From assembly GCA_965116475.1 (NCBI GenBank), contig OZ220691.1, forward strand, positions 2,368,001-2,432,000: a stretch of 64,000 nt of DNA, in the 5' to 3' direction. Every line of letters starts with the position of its first letter. Within the stretch, counting starts at the first letter, position 1. Position numbers and translations under genes: made by a program. Below, in pieces: positions 38,594 through 48,498 of this stretch. The DNA is from Gemmatimonadota bacterium. Its GTDB lineage: Bacteria > Gemmatimonadota > Gemmatimonadetes > Palauibacterales > Palauibacteraceae. The notes beneath the pieces were generated by a model. That model was not told the DNA's origin. It made no database searches and saw nothing but the letters and a program-made list of their open reading frames with translations.

Positions 38594-39271
38594 TCAGTCC
38601 GAGGTCGCCTCGACGACCCAGAGGCAGTGATCCTCTCCATGGGCTTCGCACCGTGGGTGCGAGACGTAGCCCTCCGCCGCCCGGTACGTCCGGAACGACT
38701 CGTCGATGATCCCCGACAGGATTTCGCAGCCGCGCCCACCTTTATCGGCCGTGGCCAGCACCGGGAGGCCGCGTTCGATCACGAGCCCGTTCATTCCCTT
38801 CGCGATCCGGATCTTCGAAGACGGGCTGAGGCGGCGAGCGATTTTCTTCACTCGCCCCCAGGCGAGGATCCGCCGCAGCCTGGAGGGGATCAGCCGCCAC
38901 CCGAAGCGCAGGGTTACGCGCGCGCCGGGGCCGAAGGCCTCATGCGTGACCCGGCGTCCCGTCGAGGCGAAGATCTCCGGAGCATCGGCCCGCTTCGCGA
39001 CGAGTTCAAACAGGCTCGCCAGTTCGGCGGCGCGCACGTCCCCGCCACCCTCCTCGTAGCGGCGAATCTGCTTGAGCACCACACTCGACAGCCCCAGCCG
39101 CCGGCGGATGTTCAGGGAGAGGTCCATTCCCTCGAGTTCCCGCGGATCTTCGGGCGTGTCGAGGTCTTTGAGGGTCAGCAGAAGCGCGAGCGGAATGCGA
39201 ACGGGTATGTCGCCCTCGAACTCGTCGTCCTGTGCGTCGTCTTGTGCGCGCGGAGAATCAACCGGCATCAT
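38594..39271 (-). CDS. Hypothetical protein with C-terminal V4R-like Cys motif
   Basis: GC..LSG..HPRCEAHGEDHC.W. Confidence 0.65.
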   Translation of the reverse strand: MMPVDSPRAQDDAQDDEFEGDIPVRIPLALLLTLKDLDTPEDPRELEGMDLSLNIRRRLGLSSVVLKQIRRYEEGGGDVRAAELASLFELVAKRADAPEIFASTGRRVTHEAFGPGARVTLRFGWRLIPSRLRRILAWGRVKKIARRLSPSSKIRIAKGMNGLVIERGLPVLATADKGGRGCEILSGIIDESFRTYRAAEGYVSHPRCEAHGEDHCLWVVEATSD

Positions 39272-39349
39272 GGGTCGCAAGGCTACGGCGGCACTTCCGG
39301 GCCTGCAAGCGGCGCCGGACGCCGGAGCCCCCCCTTACTGGGAGGCGTC

Positions 39350-39757
39350 ATGAATGCACCCGTCTCGAAGGAAACCACCCACGCCGTGCTCCGGGTCACC
39401 GCCGGCCTCATGCTATGGCAGCACGGAGCCCAGAAGCTCCTCGGCATGTTCGGAAGGGACGCCGTCGGCAACTGGTTCTCGTGGCCCGTGGGGATCGCGG
39501 GCATCATCGAGTTCTTCCTGCCGATCCTCATCATCCTCGGGATCCGCACGCGCTGGGTCGCCTTCGTCCTCACGGGCCACTTCGCGGTCGTGTACTGGTG
39601 GCGCCACTTCTTCGCCCGCGAGATGGAGTTCTGGCCGATCGTGAACGGCGGCGAACTCGCCATCCTGTACTGCGCCATCTTCCTCTTCCTGTGGACGACG
39701 GGCAGCGGAAAGTTCAGCCTCGACCACATGGTCCCGGGTCCCGGCCGGGAAGAGTAG
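39350..39757 (+). CDS. DoxX family membrane protein
   Basis: GGAGG SD; LRV..GL...HG.QKL, NGGELAILY, GSGKFSLD. Confidence 0.9.
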   Translation: MNAPVSKETTHAVLRVTAGLMLWQHGAQKLLGMFGRDAVGNWFSWPVGIAGIIEFFLPILIILGIRTRWVAFVLTGHFAVVYWWRHFFAREMEFWPIVNGGELAILYCAIFLFLWTTGSGKFSLDHMVPGPGREE

Positions 39758-39798
39758 CCGCAAGTTGTTCGGCCGCCGTTCCGGCCCCATCTTGTGCG

Positions 39799-39840
39799 GC
39801 CGGACGGCGGCCTCCGCAGGGTGCCGCCGTCCGGCTTTTG
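39799..39840 (+). terminator. Intrinsic terminator after the DoxX gene
   Basis: 13-bp stem GCCGGACGGCGGC/GCCGCCGTCCGGC followed by TTTT. Confidence 0.7.
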
Positions 39841-39901
39841 CCACGGGCTGCCAGTGCATCTCCCCGGCATAATCCCCTACGACGGAGCGGACCCGCGACC
39901 C

Positions 39902-42393
39902 ATGTACGACCCGATCGCCATCGAATCCCGGTGGCAGGCCTGGTGGGAGGAGAACGGGACGAACGAGCCCGACCTCGACGCCGCCGAGCGTCCGTTCTTC
40001 AACCTGATGATGTACCCCTATCCATCGGCCGAGGGGCTGCACGTAGGAAACCTGTACGCCTTCACGGGGGCCGACATCTACGGGCGCTTCCGCCGCCTGC
40101 GGGGCGATGACGTCTTCGAGCCCATCGGATACGACGCGTTCGGCATCCACTCGGAGAACCACGCGCTCAAGGTCGACACGCACCCGATGGAGTTGATCCC
40201 CTCGAACATCGGCAACTTCGAGCGGATGCTGAGGGCGGCGGGGCTCATGACCGACTGGTCGCGCACGGTCGATACGACGGATCCCCGCTACTACAAGTGG
40301 ACGCAGTGGATCTTCGTCCAGCTCTTCAAGGCGGGCCTGGCGGAGAAGAAGGAAGCCGCGGTCAACTGGTGCCCGCAGTGCCAGACGGTGCTCGCGAACG
40401 AACAGGTGATCGCCGGCTGTGCGAACGGTGCGACGCCGCGGTCGAACAGCGGATGCTGAGCCAGTGGTTCTTCCGGATCACGGACTACGCGCAGCGGCTG
40501 CTCGACAACCTGGAGTGGATCGACTGGTCGGAGACGACGAAGACGGCCCAGCGCAACTGGATCGGCCGCTCCGAGGGCGCGCGGCTGCACTTCCCGCTCT
40601 CCGGCGCCGCGGCCGCCGCCGGCGCCGAGACCGGTGGCGAGACGGATCGGATCGAAGTGTTCACCACCCGGCCGGACACCCTTTTCGGCGCGACCTTCAT
40701 GGTACTGGCGCCGGAGCATCCCCTCGTCGAGCGGCTCACGACGGACGAGCGGCGCGCCGAGGTGGAGGCCTACGTGCGCGCGGCCGCGGCCGTCGACCTC
40801 GTGGAACGGCAGAAGACGGACGAGCGCGAGAAGACCGGCGTGTTCACGGGCGGGTACGCGCGGAACCCGGCCACCGGGGAGGACATCCCCGTGTGGGTCG
40901 CCGACTACGTCCTCATGGACTATGGCACCGGCGCCATCATGGCCGTGCCCGGACACGATCAGCGGGACTTCGACTTCGCGCGCCAGTTCGGGTTGGCCGT
41001 CGTTCAGGTCGTATGCTCCCGCGCGGCACTTCCGGAAGGTGCGGATCCCGCGGACATTGGGGGCGGCGAGGCGGAGGCCGCCTTTGTCGAGCACACCGCC
41101 GATGAGATTCTCGTGAACTCCGGGCGTTTCAGCGGGATGAAGGCCGACGCGGGCGGGCGCGCGATCACCGAGTGGCTGGCGGAGCGCGGGCTCGCGGCGG
41201 CGGAGGTCAACTACCGGCTGCACGACTGGTGCATCTCCCGGCAGCGGTACTGGGGGCCGCCGATCCCCATCATCTACTGCGACGACTGCGGTCCGCAGGC
41301 GGTGCCGGAGGAAGATCTCCCGGTCGTCCTCCCGTTCGTGGAGGACTTTCGGCCCACGGCGACCGGCGTGAGCCCGCTCGCGCGCGACCCGGACTTCCGC
41401 GCGGCCGCCTGTCCGGCGTGCGGCGACGAGGCCCGGCGCGAGACCGACGTCTCCGACACCTTCCTCGACTCGGGCTGGTACTTCCTGCGCTATCCCTCGA
41501 CCGAGTTCGACGACCGCCCGTTCGACCCCGCGCGGACGCGGAAGTGGCTACCGGTCAGCAGCTACATCGGCGGCGAGGAACACTCCGTCCTCCACCTCCT
41601 CTACTCCCGCTTTCTCACCATGGTGCTGCACGACCTCGGGCACCTCGAGTTCGAGGAACCGTACCACCGCTTCCGCAAGCACGGCCTCCTCATCCGGGAC
41701 GGCGCCAAGATCTCGAAGTCGCGTGGCAACGTGATCCTCCCGGACGAGTACATCGCGCGGTTCGGCGCGGACACGTTCCGCATGTACCTGATGTTCCTCG
41801 GCCCCTTCCAGCGGGGTGGGGACTTCCGCGACAGCGGCCTGGCCGGTCCCGATCGTTTCCTGAAGAAGGTGTGGGACAGCGTGACGGCCGCGGCCGAGGC
41901 GGGGCGCACGGGATTCGACGATCCGGGCGTGGAGCGGGCGCTGCACGCGACGATCAGGCAGATCTCGGAGGACCTCGAGGCGCTGAGCTACAACACGGCG
42001 ATCGCCGCCGCGATGGACTACCTGAACACGTTGCGCGCCGGCGGGCGCACGGCCTCGATCGACGAGGTGCGGCCGCTGGTGATCATGATTGCGCCCGTCG
42101 CGCCCCACATCGCCGAGGAGCTGTGGGCCCGCCTCGGCGGCGCCTCGAGCCTCTTCGATCACGCCGAGTGGCCGGCCTGGGACGAGCGCAAGCTCATGGT
42201 CGACGAGGTCGAACTCCCGGTGCAGGTGAACGGCCGGCTGCGGGCGACGATCCGCGTGGCCCGGGGCGCCCCGGAAGACGTCGTGCGCGAGGCGGCGCTG
42301 GCCGAGGCGAACGTGATCCGGCGCCTCGACGGGGTCGCGATCCGAAAGGTGATCCACATCCCGGACCGCATGCTGAACCTCGTGGTGTCCTAG
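39902..42393 (+). CDS. leuS: Leucyl-tRNA synthetase, interrupted by one frameshift near 40418
   Basis: YPSAEGLHVGN HIGH motif; TVLANEQV in the first frame joins CERC..QWFFRIT in the second; DWCISRQRYWG, KISKS, VQVNGRLR. Confidence 0.92.
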
Positions 42394-42441
42394 CGCGGCG
42401 TCAGCATCGAGCCCGACCCCAAGGCGTCCCCCACCGGCCGC

Positions 42442-42729
42442 CTACCATTCGACGGAACCTTCCGCGCCGGTGTCGATGGGGGCGGCGGTGCCCTCCTCGC
42501 CGAAGAGGTGAATGCGGAGGTTCCTGTAGAGGAATTCGCGCGCCGGCGCCTCGTGGAGCTTGAGCCCGTAGTGGTTGATGAGGAGCATCTGCCGGTTCTT
42601 CCACTCCTCCCAGCAGGCGGCGCAGATCTCGGCCACGATCCGCTCGCCGAGTTCGCTCGGGAACGGGACGCGCTCGATCCGGCCCTGGTCGTCGCGGCCG
42701 CAGCGCACGCAGGCGAACGGTTCCGTCAT
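42442..42729 (-). CDS. yggX: YggX-like Fe(II)-trafficking / oxidative damage protection protein
   Basis: PFPSELGERI..CW.EW...QMLLINHYGL. Confidence 0.85.
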   Translation of the reverse strand: MTEPFACVRCGRDDQGRIERVPFPSELGERIVAEICAACWEEWKNRQMLLINHYGLKLHEAPAREFLYRNLRIHLFGEEGTAAPIDTGAEGSVEW

Positions 42730-43817
42730 CTCGAATCTCCCGTGGTCTCGGCGTCGTTCGGGTCCGTGTCCGCCGGACCCGCTATGCGCGTCAGGGCCTC
42801 CCACGGGTCGCCGGTTGCGGCCTCCCGCATCAGCGCTTCGAGGGAGGGCACCAGGGCGCCGTGCGACTCGTACACGCGCTCGAAGTCATCCAGCCTCGTG
42901 TAGTAGAGGAGGCGCGAGATGATCCACGCGTTGTCGAGACCGTCCGGGTCGATCGCGCCGTACCGCGCGTGCAGCCGCGGTATGTACTCCGTCTCGAAGC
43001 GTTGGGCCGCCGCCTCGAACACCTCGCGCTTGGCCGCCCGCTTCGCGTCGTCCGGCATGGAGGAGTCGTACACCTCCTCCAGCGGCGCGAGGATGGAATG
43101 GAAGAAGTGGCCGAATACGCGGGTGTCCTCCCACCTCCACTGGGCCCGCACGCAGGCGCTCTCATCCGCCACCGCCTCGCAGAAGAACTCGATCGCGCCG
43201 CGGTGCCCGACGAAGTTCGCGAAGCTCTCGTTGAAATCCGCCTGGCCGGTAGGAAAGTACGTGCTGTGCGTGATCTCGTGGATCACCGTCTCGACGAGCC
43301 CGAGGCTGTCGAGGCGCAGCGTCGTCGACATGATGGGGTCGGGGAACCAGCCCAGCGTCGAGAAGGCGGAGACGGGCCGGACCGAGACGTCGTAGCCTTC
43401 CTCGGCCAGGCTGGCGGCCTCCGCGCGGGCGTCGTCGAAGTCGAAGTATCCCTTGTAGGGGAGATGGCCGACGATGGGGAACCACCATGTCTTCCAGCGC
43501 AGCGCGAACTCGGGTGCGGCGAGCACGTTCAGGACCAGCGTGTCGCGGTGCAGTTGAGTGAACGACTCGTAGCTCGCCCCCGCGCGCAGCCCCAGGTCGC
43601 GTTCCGCGAAGTCTCTCGCATCGAGCACGAGCCGCAACTTGTCGCGCGTCTCGCGGGCCACGGTCGTGTCGTGGATCACGGCCCGGATGGGGCGGCGCGC
43701 CGAGAGAATGCGGGCCTCCTCCCAGCCGGCGCGCAGGACGTACGCCGGCGAGCAGCCGCCCGCGCCCAGCAGGAGCAGCAGGAGCGCCATTCTCCAGCGC
43801 GCGGGGCTCACGCGCAC
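42726..43817 (-). CDS. Putative zinc aminopeptidase lipoprotein (DUF2265-like)
   Basis: AGGC lipobox; WWFPIVG..YKGYF, AFSTLGWF.DP, HEITH, FNESFANFV. Confidence 0.85.
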   Translation of the reverse strand: MRVSPARWRMALLLLLLGAGGCSPAYVLRAGWEEARILSARRPIRAVIHDTTVARETRDKLRLVLDARDFAERDLGLRAGASYESFTQLHRDTLVLNVLAAPEFALRWKTWWFPIVGHLPYKGYFDFDDARAEAASLAEEGYDVSVRPVSAFSTLGWFPDPIMSTTLRLDSLGLVETVIHEITHSTYFPTGQADFNESFANFVGHRGAIEFFCEAVADESACVRAQWRWEDTRVFGHFFHSILAPLEEVYDSSMPDDAKRAAKREVFEAAAQRFETEYIPRLHARYGAIDPDGLDNAWIISRLLYYTRLDDFERVYESHGALVPSLEALMREAATGDPWEALTRIAGPADTDPNDAETTGDSR

Positions 43818-44923
43818 CTCACGTAGTGGAGGTGTTCCCGCACGTCGTCGCGCAGGTAGTTCCGCCCGGGGCCGTCGGCGTCGCTCCGGTAGCGGCGGTA
43901 GGGCCGGTGGTGGAACGCGTAGGTGTCGGGCAGGCCGCGTTCGCGCAGCGCCTCCTCGATCGCGGTGCGGTCCAGGTGCCCCTCGTCATTGTAGCTGAAC
44001 AGGATGTGGCGTCCGTCCGCGGCTTCCAGCACCTCCCGCAGCGCGTCCGGAGCGCGGTGCTTCCGGCACCAGTCCGAGCGCTGCGCCTCGTCGGGGATGA
44101 GTCCCGTCTTCCCCCGGATCTCCGGCGGCGTGGCCCAGCCGAGCGCGAGGAGTTCGGGGATGTGATAATACGCGGGATATTGCCGGCCGTTGTAAGGGGG
44201 GTCGAGATAGACGAGATCGACGGGACCGATGGATTCCAGGAGGCGGGCGGCGGGTCCGCGAAACGCGCTGCAGGCGCCGGCTCCTTCCCGGCGCGGGGTC
44301 GGATCGATGGGGCGAAGTTCGAGCGGGCGCAGGGCGTTCGGCTGCATGGTTTTTACGAAGGAGGCGTACACGCCCGTTGTGTTCGCCACGCGGTCGGCGG
44401 CCTCGATGAGCGTCGCGATCAGGAGCTGCGCCGCGGCTTCGCTGTGGGAGGATCCGCGCGTCCAGCGGTCGATCCGCGTCCGGACCCGGTCGATCTTCCG
44501 GCCGTTCTCGGGGGAGAAGTACATGCGCCCGTGCGCCCGCCCCGCGGTTCCGTCGCTCGTGTAGTGCTCGGAGATGAAGCCGCGGCGGCCCGGGCCATCG
44601 AGGGCGGCCGGCTCATCGAGTTCGGCCAGCCCTTCGAGCAGGGTGTGGTAGCCGACCTCCCGCTTCCCGTTGCGGGCCGCCGCCGGGAGGAGCGAGGCCG
44701 GATAGCGCGGGGGCGCGTCGAGTTGGATCCGCGCGACCTGGAGGGCGTAGGAGGACGCCATCAGGTCGCCCGCATGGACCTGCCAGCCCTTCTCCTTGAG
44801 CGCCGCCGACACGCTGGCGGTGCCGGCGAACGGGTCGCATGCGACGCCGGGCGCCGCCTGGAACCGGTTTACGGTCTCCAGCAGGAAGGGGACGAGCTTC
44901 GTTTTGTTCCCGAGATAGCGCAC
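43808..44923 (-). CDS. Orphan DNA adenine methyltransferase (D12 / FokI-like alpha class)
   Basis: MRYLGNK..L, DPFAGTASV motif I, YLDPPYN motif IV, FSYN.EG. Confidence 0.88.
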   Translation of the reverse strand: MRYLGNKTKLVPFLLETVNRFQAAPGVACDPFAGTASVSAALKEKGWQVHAGDLMASSYALQVARIQLDAPPRYPASLLPAAARNGKREVGYHTLLEGLAELDEPAALDGPGRRGFISEHYTSDGTAGRAHGRMYFSPENGRKIDRVRTRIDRWTRGSSHSEAAAQLLIATLIEAADRVANTTGVYASFVKTMQPNALRPLELRPIDPTPRREGAGACSAFRGPAARLLESIGPVDLVYLDPPYNGRQYPAYYHIPELLALGWATPPEIRGKTGLIPDEAQRSDWCRKHRAPDALREVLEAADGRHILFSYNDEGHLDRTAIEEALRERGLPDTYAFHHRPYRRYRSDADGPGRNYLRDDVREHLHYVRCA

Positions 44924-44973
44924 GCGGGAGAATATGGAGACGGGATGCGGGCGAAAAGCTCCGGGCCGCGGCC

Positions 44974-46305
44974 GTGAACGCCGGGGCGCGGCTCACGGAG
45001 GCGGCCGCCGGCGTCGCGCTCGCGGCGGCGCCCCTGCTCCGGCGCGCCCGGCCGGACATCGCGCGGGCGGTGGCAGCGCGGCGGCGCGCCACGGCGGAGT
45101 TGGCCGCGTGGGGACGGGGCCGGGAGCCCGGGCCGCTCGTGTGGCTCCACGGCGCTTCCGCCGGCGAACTGCTCGGCGCCGCGCCGGCCATCCGGGATCT
45201 GCGCGGCGCACGGTCCGGCTCGCCCGCCGGCGCGCGGGCGCAGCTCGTCGTCACGCACGGCTCGCCATCGGGTCGGGCGGCGCTCGCGTGGCTGGATCCG
45301 GACCATGCGGGCCCGCCGCCGCTCGACCGCGCGCGCGACTGCGATGCAGCGCTCGCCGCCCTGCGGCCCGGCCTGCTCGTGTTCGCGAAGCTGGACGTGT
45401 GGCCCGGACTCGTGGCCGCGGCCGCGCGGGCCGGGGTGCCGACCGCGCTCATCAACGGCACCGTCCGCGACGGGAGCCGACGCTCCGGCCCCCTCGCCCG
45501 TCGGCTCTTCCGCGCCTCGTACGCGCGGCTGGATGCGGCCGGCGCCGCGAGCCCGGAGGATGCGCGGCGGCTCGAAGTGCTTGGCGTCCGGCCGGAGGCG
45601 CTGGCCGTGACGGGGGACGCGGCGTTCGACCTGGCGCTCGAACGGGCGGACCGCGCGCGCGCCGACGGGTCGGCCGCGTCTTTCCGCGCGGCGCTCGGGA
45701 CAGCAGGCGGGACGGCAGCCGGAACGGCCGTGCGGCTCGTGGCCGGCTCTACGTGGCCCGCCGACGAGCACGCGTTGCTCGATGCCGTGGCGGCCGTGCG
45801 GCGGGGCGGCGGCCCGGGTTGGCAGATCGTGATCGCGCCGCACGAGCCGACCGCCGCGCACGTCGACGCCCTCGTCGCGTCGTGCGCGGCCCGCGGGGAA
45901 CGCGTCATCCGCTGGAGCGAGATCGGCGCTGCCGCCGCGGAGCCCGGCGCCTCCGTCATCGTCTTCGACGAGGTCGGCCGACTCGCGGAGTTGTACGCGG
46001 CGGGCGACGTGGCCTACGTGGGCGGCGGCCTCGGGGGCACCGGGCTCCACAACGTCCTCGAGCCCGCCGCGGCCGGGTTGCCCGTCGTCTTCGGCCCGCG
46101 TCACGACCGCGCCGACGCCCGCGGCCTCGCGTCGGCGGGCGGCGGGCTCGTCTCCCCGGCCGGCGCGCTCGCGGACACCCTGACCGGGCTGGCCCGCCCG
46201 CCTCGCCGCCGGCGCCACGCCCGGGCCGCCCGCGCGTTCGTCGAGGCGGGCGCCGGCGCCGCCGCCCGCACGGCGGATCTCCTGCGCCCCCTCTGGCCCT
46301 CCTGA
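44974..46305 (+). CDS. waaA: 3-deoxy-D-manno-octulosonic acid (Kdo) transferase
   Basis: VWLHGASAGE, TGDAAFD, AGSTWPADE, APHEP, YVGGG..HNVLEPA. Confidence 0.85.
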   Translation: MNAGARLTEAAAGVALAAAPLLRRARPDIARAVAARRRATAELAAWGRGREPGPLVWLHGASAGELLGAAPAIRDLRGARSGSPAGARAQLVVTHGSPSGRAALAWLDPDHAGPPPLDRARDCDAALAALRPGLLVFAKLDVWPGLVAAAARAGVPTALINGTVRDGSRRSGPLARRLFRASYARLDAAGAASPEDARRLEVLGVRPEALAVTGDAAFDLALERADRARADGSAASFRAALGTAGGTAAGTAVRLVAGSTWPADEHALLDAVAAVRRGGGPGWQIVIAPHEPTAAHVDALVASCAARGERVIRWSEIGAAAAEPGASVIVFDEVGRLAELYAAGDVAYVGGGLGGTGLHNVLEPAAAGLPVVFGPRHDRADARGLASAGGGLVSPAGALADTLTGLARPPRRRRHARAARAFVEAGAGAAARTADLLRPLWPS

Positions 46306-46315
46306 CCCGCGGCTG

Positions 46316-46534
46316 CTAGCGCCTCTCCGCCCAGGGCTTGGGGCCGAACACGAACCAGAGCACGCTGCCGACGATGGGACAGAGGAAGATCACCGCGACC
46401 CACAGCACCTTCTCTCGCCTCGGCGCCGTGGAAAGCGCGGTGAGGCCGCTCGCCCAGAGGTTCAGGACCGCAAGGAGGGCCAGGAGCACGAGGCGCGGGT
46501 CCAGCCCCGCCGCCCAGTCCAGCGCCGCGTTCAT
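46316..46534 (-). CDS. Small PLDc N-terminal-domain membrane protein
   Basis: K.LW..VI..PIVG..LW..FGP. Confidence 0.75.
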   Translation of the reverse strand: MNAALDWAAGLDPRLVLLALLAVLNLWASGLTALSTAPRREKVLWVAVIFLCPIVGSVLWFVFGPKPWAERR

Positions 46535-48423
46535 GCGGCGGCCGTCGGCTTCTGGAACTGGAGGCGGTGGAGCTGCGCGTAGAGGCCGCCGCTCTCGAGC
46601 AGCGTGTCGTGCGTGCCGGACTCGCTGATGCGTCCGTGGTGGAGCACGAGGATGCGGTCGGCCCCCTGGATGGTGGAGAGCCGGTGGGCGATGACGAGGC
46701 TCGTCCGTCCCTCCATCAGGCGCTCCAGCGCTGCCTGGATCTCCGCCTCGATCTCCGAGTCCACCGAACTCGTCGCCTCGTCGAGCAGCAGGATGGGCGG
46801 GTCCCCCGCGAGCGCGCGGGCGAAGGACACCAGCTGGCGCTCACCGACCGACAGGTTCCCGCCCCGCTCGCTAAGCGGCTCGTCGTACTTCTTCGGCAGC
46901 CGCGCAAGGTGCCGGTCGACCCCGACCTGACGGGCCGCCTCGCGGATCTCGTCCCGTCCCACCGCCCCGCGGTCGAGCGCGATGTTGTCCGCGGCGGAGC
47001 CCGAGAAGAGGTAGACGTCCTGCAGCACGAGGCCCATCCGGTGGCGGAGGTCGGCGAGCCGGAGGTCCCGGATGTCGACCCCGTCGAGCGTGATGCGCCC
47101 GCGCTGCGGCTCGTAGAAGCGCATGAGGAGGCTGAACAGCGTCGTCTTGCCCGCGCCGGTCGCTCCGACGACCGCGAGCCGCTGACCCGGCTCCGCCGTG
47201 AAGCTGATGCCGCGCAGCACCCAGCCGTCGTCCGGCGCGTCCTCGTCGAGCCGCCCCTCCGCCCCTTCCCAGGCCGCGGCGTGGGCCAGGGCGGGCGTCG
47301 TGACCCCCGCCGCGTCCTCCTCCGGCGACAGGTACCGGAACCAGACATCCTCGAACTCGATGCGGCCCTTCACGCGCGCCGGAAGATCCGTCGGATCCTT
47401 GGGGTCCTCGATCCCCGGCGCTTCGTCCAGGAGCCGGAAGATCCGCTCCGAACTCGCCATCGCGCCCTGCAGGATGTTGTACTTCTCCGACAGGTCCTGG
47501 ATGGGGCGGAAGAACCGCCTCGCGTACTGCAGGAAGGCCGCGATGACCCCGATCGTGAGCGTCCCCTCGAGGGCCTGGTTGCCTCCGTACCAGATGATGA
47601 GCGCGAGCGCGACCGACGCGAGCACCTCGACGACGGGAAAGAAGAGCGCGTAGTACGTGATCGAGCGCAGGTGGGCCTCGAGGTGGTCATCGTTGATCTC
47701 GCCGAACCAGCGCGTCGCCGCCCGCTCCTGCCGGAACAACTGCACGACGCGCACCCCCGTGATCCGCTCCTGCAGGAAGGCGTTGATGCGCGCGAGCCGG
47801 ATCCTGATGTCGCGGTACGCCTCGCGCACCTTCTTCCGGAAGAGCCACGCGGCCAGGAACACGAGGGGGAGGACCGCGAACGTCACGAGGGCGAGCCGCC
47901 AGTCCATGACGAGCATGGCGATCATGATGAAGGCGACCGTGAACACGTCCCCGAAGATCGTCACCACGCCGGAGGTGAACATCTCGTTCAGGACCTCGAC
48001 ATCGCTCGTGAGCCGCGTCATCAGGCGTCCGACCGGGTTGCGGTCGAAGTACGCGAGCCGCAGGCGCTGCAGGTGCCGGAAGATCTCCTGCCTCAGGTCG
48101 ACCATCACGTTCTGCCCGATCCACGTGGTCAGGATCGTGCGCCCGTACTCCAGCAGTCCGGAGAGGAGGAGCGAGACGAAGAAGAGGATCGCGAGGGTGC
48201 GGATGGCGCCGAAGTCGCCATCCGGGATCGCGTGGTCGATGACCTCCATCGTCAGCCACGGGCCGATGAGCGCGAGGCCCGAGGCGGCCACGAGCATCAG
48301 CACGGCGAGCGCGACCCGGCCCCGGTACGGTCTCAGGTAGGCGAGCAGACGCTTCATGAGACGGGCGTCGTACGCCTTTCCGAGCGCTTCTTCTTCCTGG
48401 AGGGGACCGTCCGGCGCTTGCAT
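46531..48423 (-). CDS. ABC exporter, fused permease and ATPase (MdlB/MsbA-like)
   Basis: Start MQAPDG; TM domain; GATGAGKTT, LSVGERQL, LLDEATS, IAHRLSTI. Confidence 0.92.
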   Translation of the reverse strand: MQAPDGPLQEEEALGKAYDARLMKRLLAYLRPYRGRVALAVLMLVAASGLALIGPWLTMEVIDHAIPDGDFGAIRTLAILFFVSLLLSGLLEYGRTILTTWIGQNVMVDLRQEIFRHLQRLRLAYFDRNPVGRLMTRLTSDVEVLNEMFTSGVVTIFGDVFTVAFIMIAMLVMDWRLALVTFAVLPLVFLAAWLFRKKVREAYRDIRIRLARINAFLQERITGVRVVQLFRQERAATRWFGEINDDHLEAHLRSITYYALFFPVVEVLASVALALIIWYGGNQALEGTLTIGVIAAFLQYARRFFRPIQDLSEKYNILQGAMASSERIFRLLDEAPGIEDPKDPTDLPARVKGRIEFEDVWFRYLSPEEDAAGVTTPALAHAAAWEGAEGRLDEDAPDDGWVLRGISFTAEPGQRLAVVGATGAGKTTLFSLLMRFYEPQRGRITLDGVDIRDLRLADLRHRMGLVLQDVYLFSGSAADNIALDRGAVGRDEIREAARQVGVDRHLARLPKKYDEPLSERGGNLSVGERQLVSFARALAGDPPILLLDEATSSVDSEIEAEIQAALERLMEGRTSLVIAHRLSTIQGADRILVLHHGRISESGTHDTLLESGGLYAQLHRLQFQKPTAAA

Positions 48424-48498
48424 GCCCCATAGTACGAACTCGCCGCGCCCGGTCCAATCAGGTTGGCGCGCCCCGTCGCCGCCGGCCATCATGCTTCC

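Noticed and set aside
40297..40459. Programmed ribosomal frameshift or natural split in leuS
   Set aside because: No slippery site, stimulatory structure or reinitiation signal; a one-base sequence error explains it
43808..44923. Restriction-modification or defence island
   Set aside because: No nuclease partner or other defence genes adjacent; the neighbours are housekeeping genes
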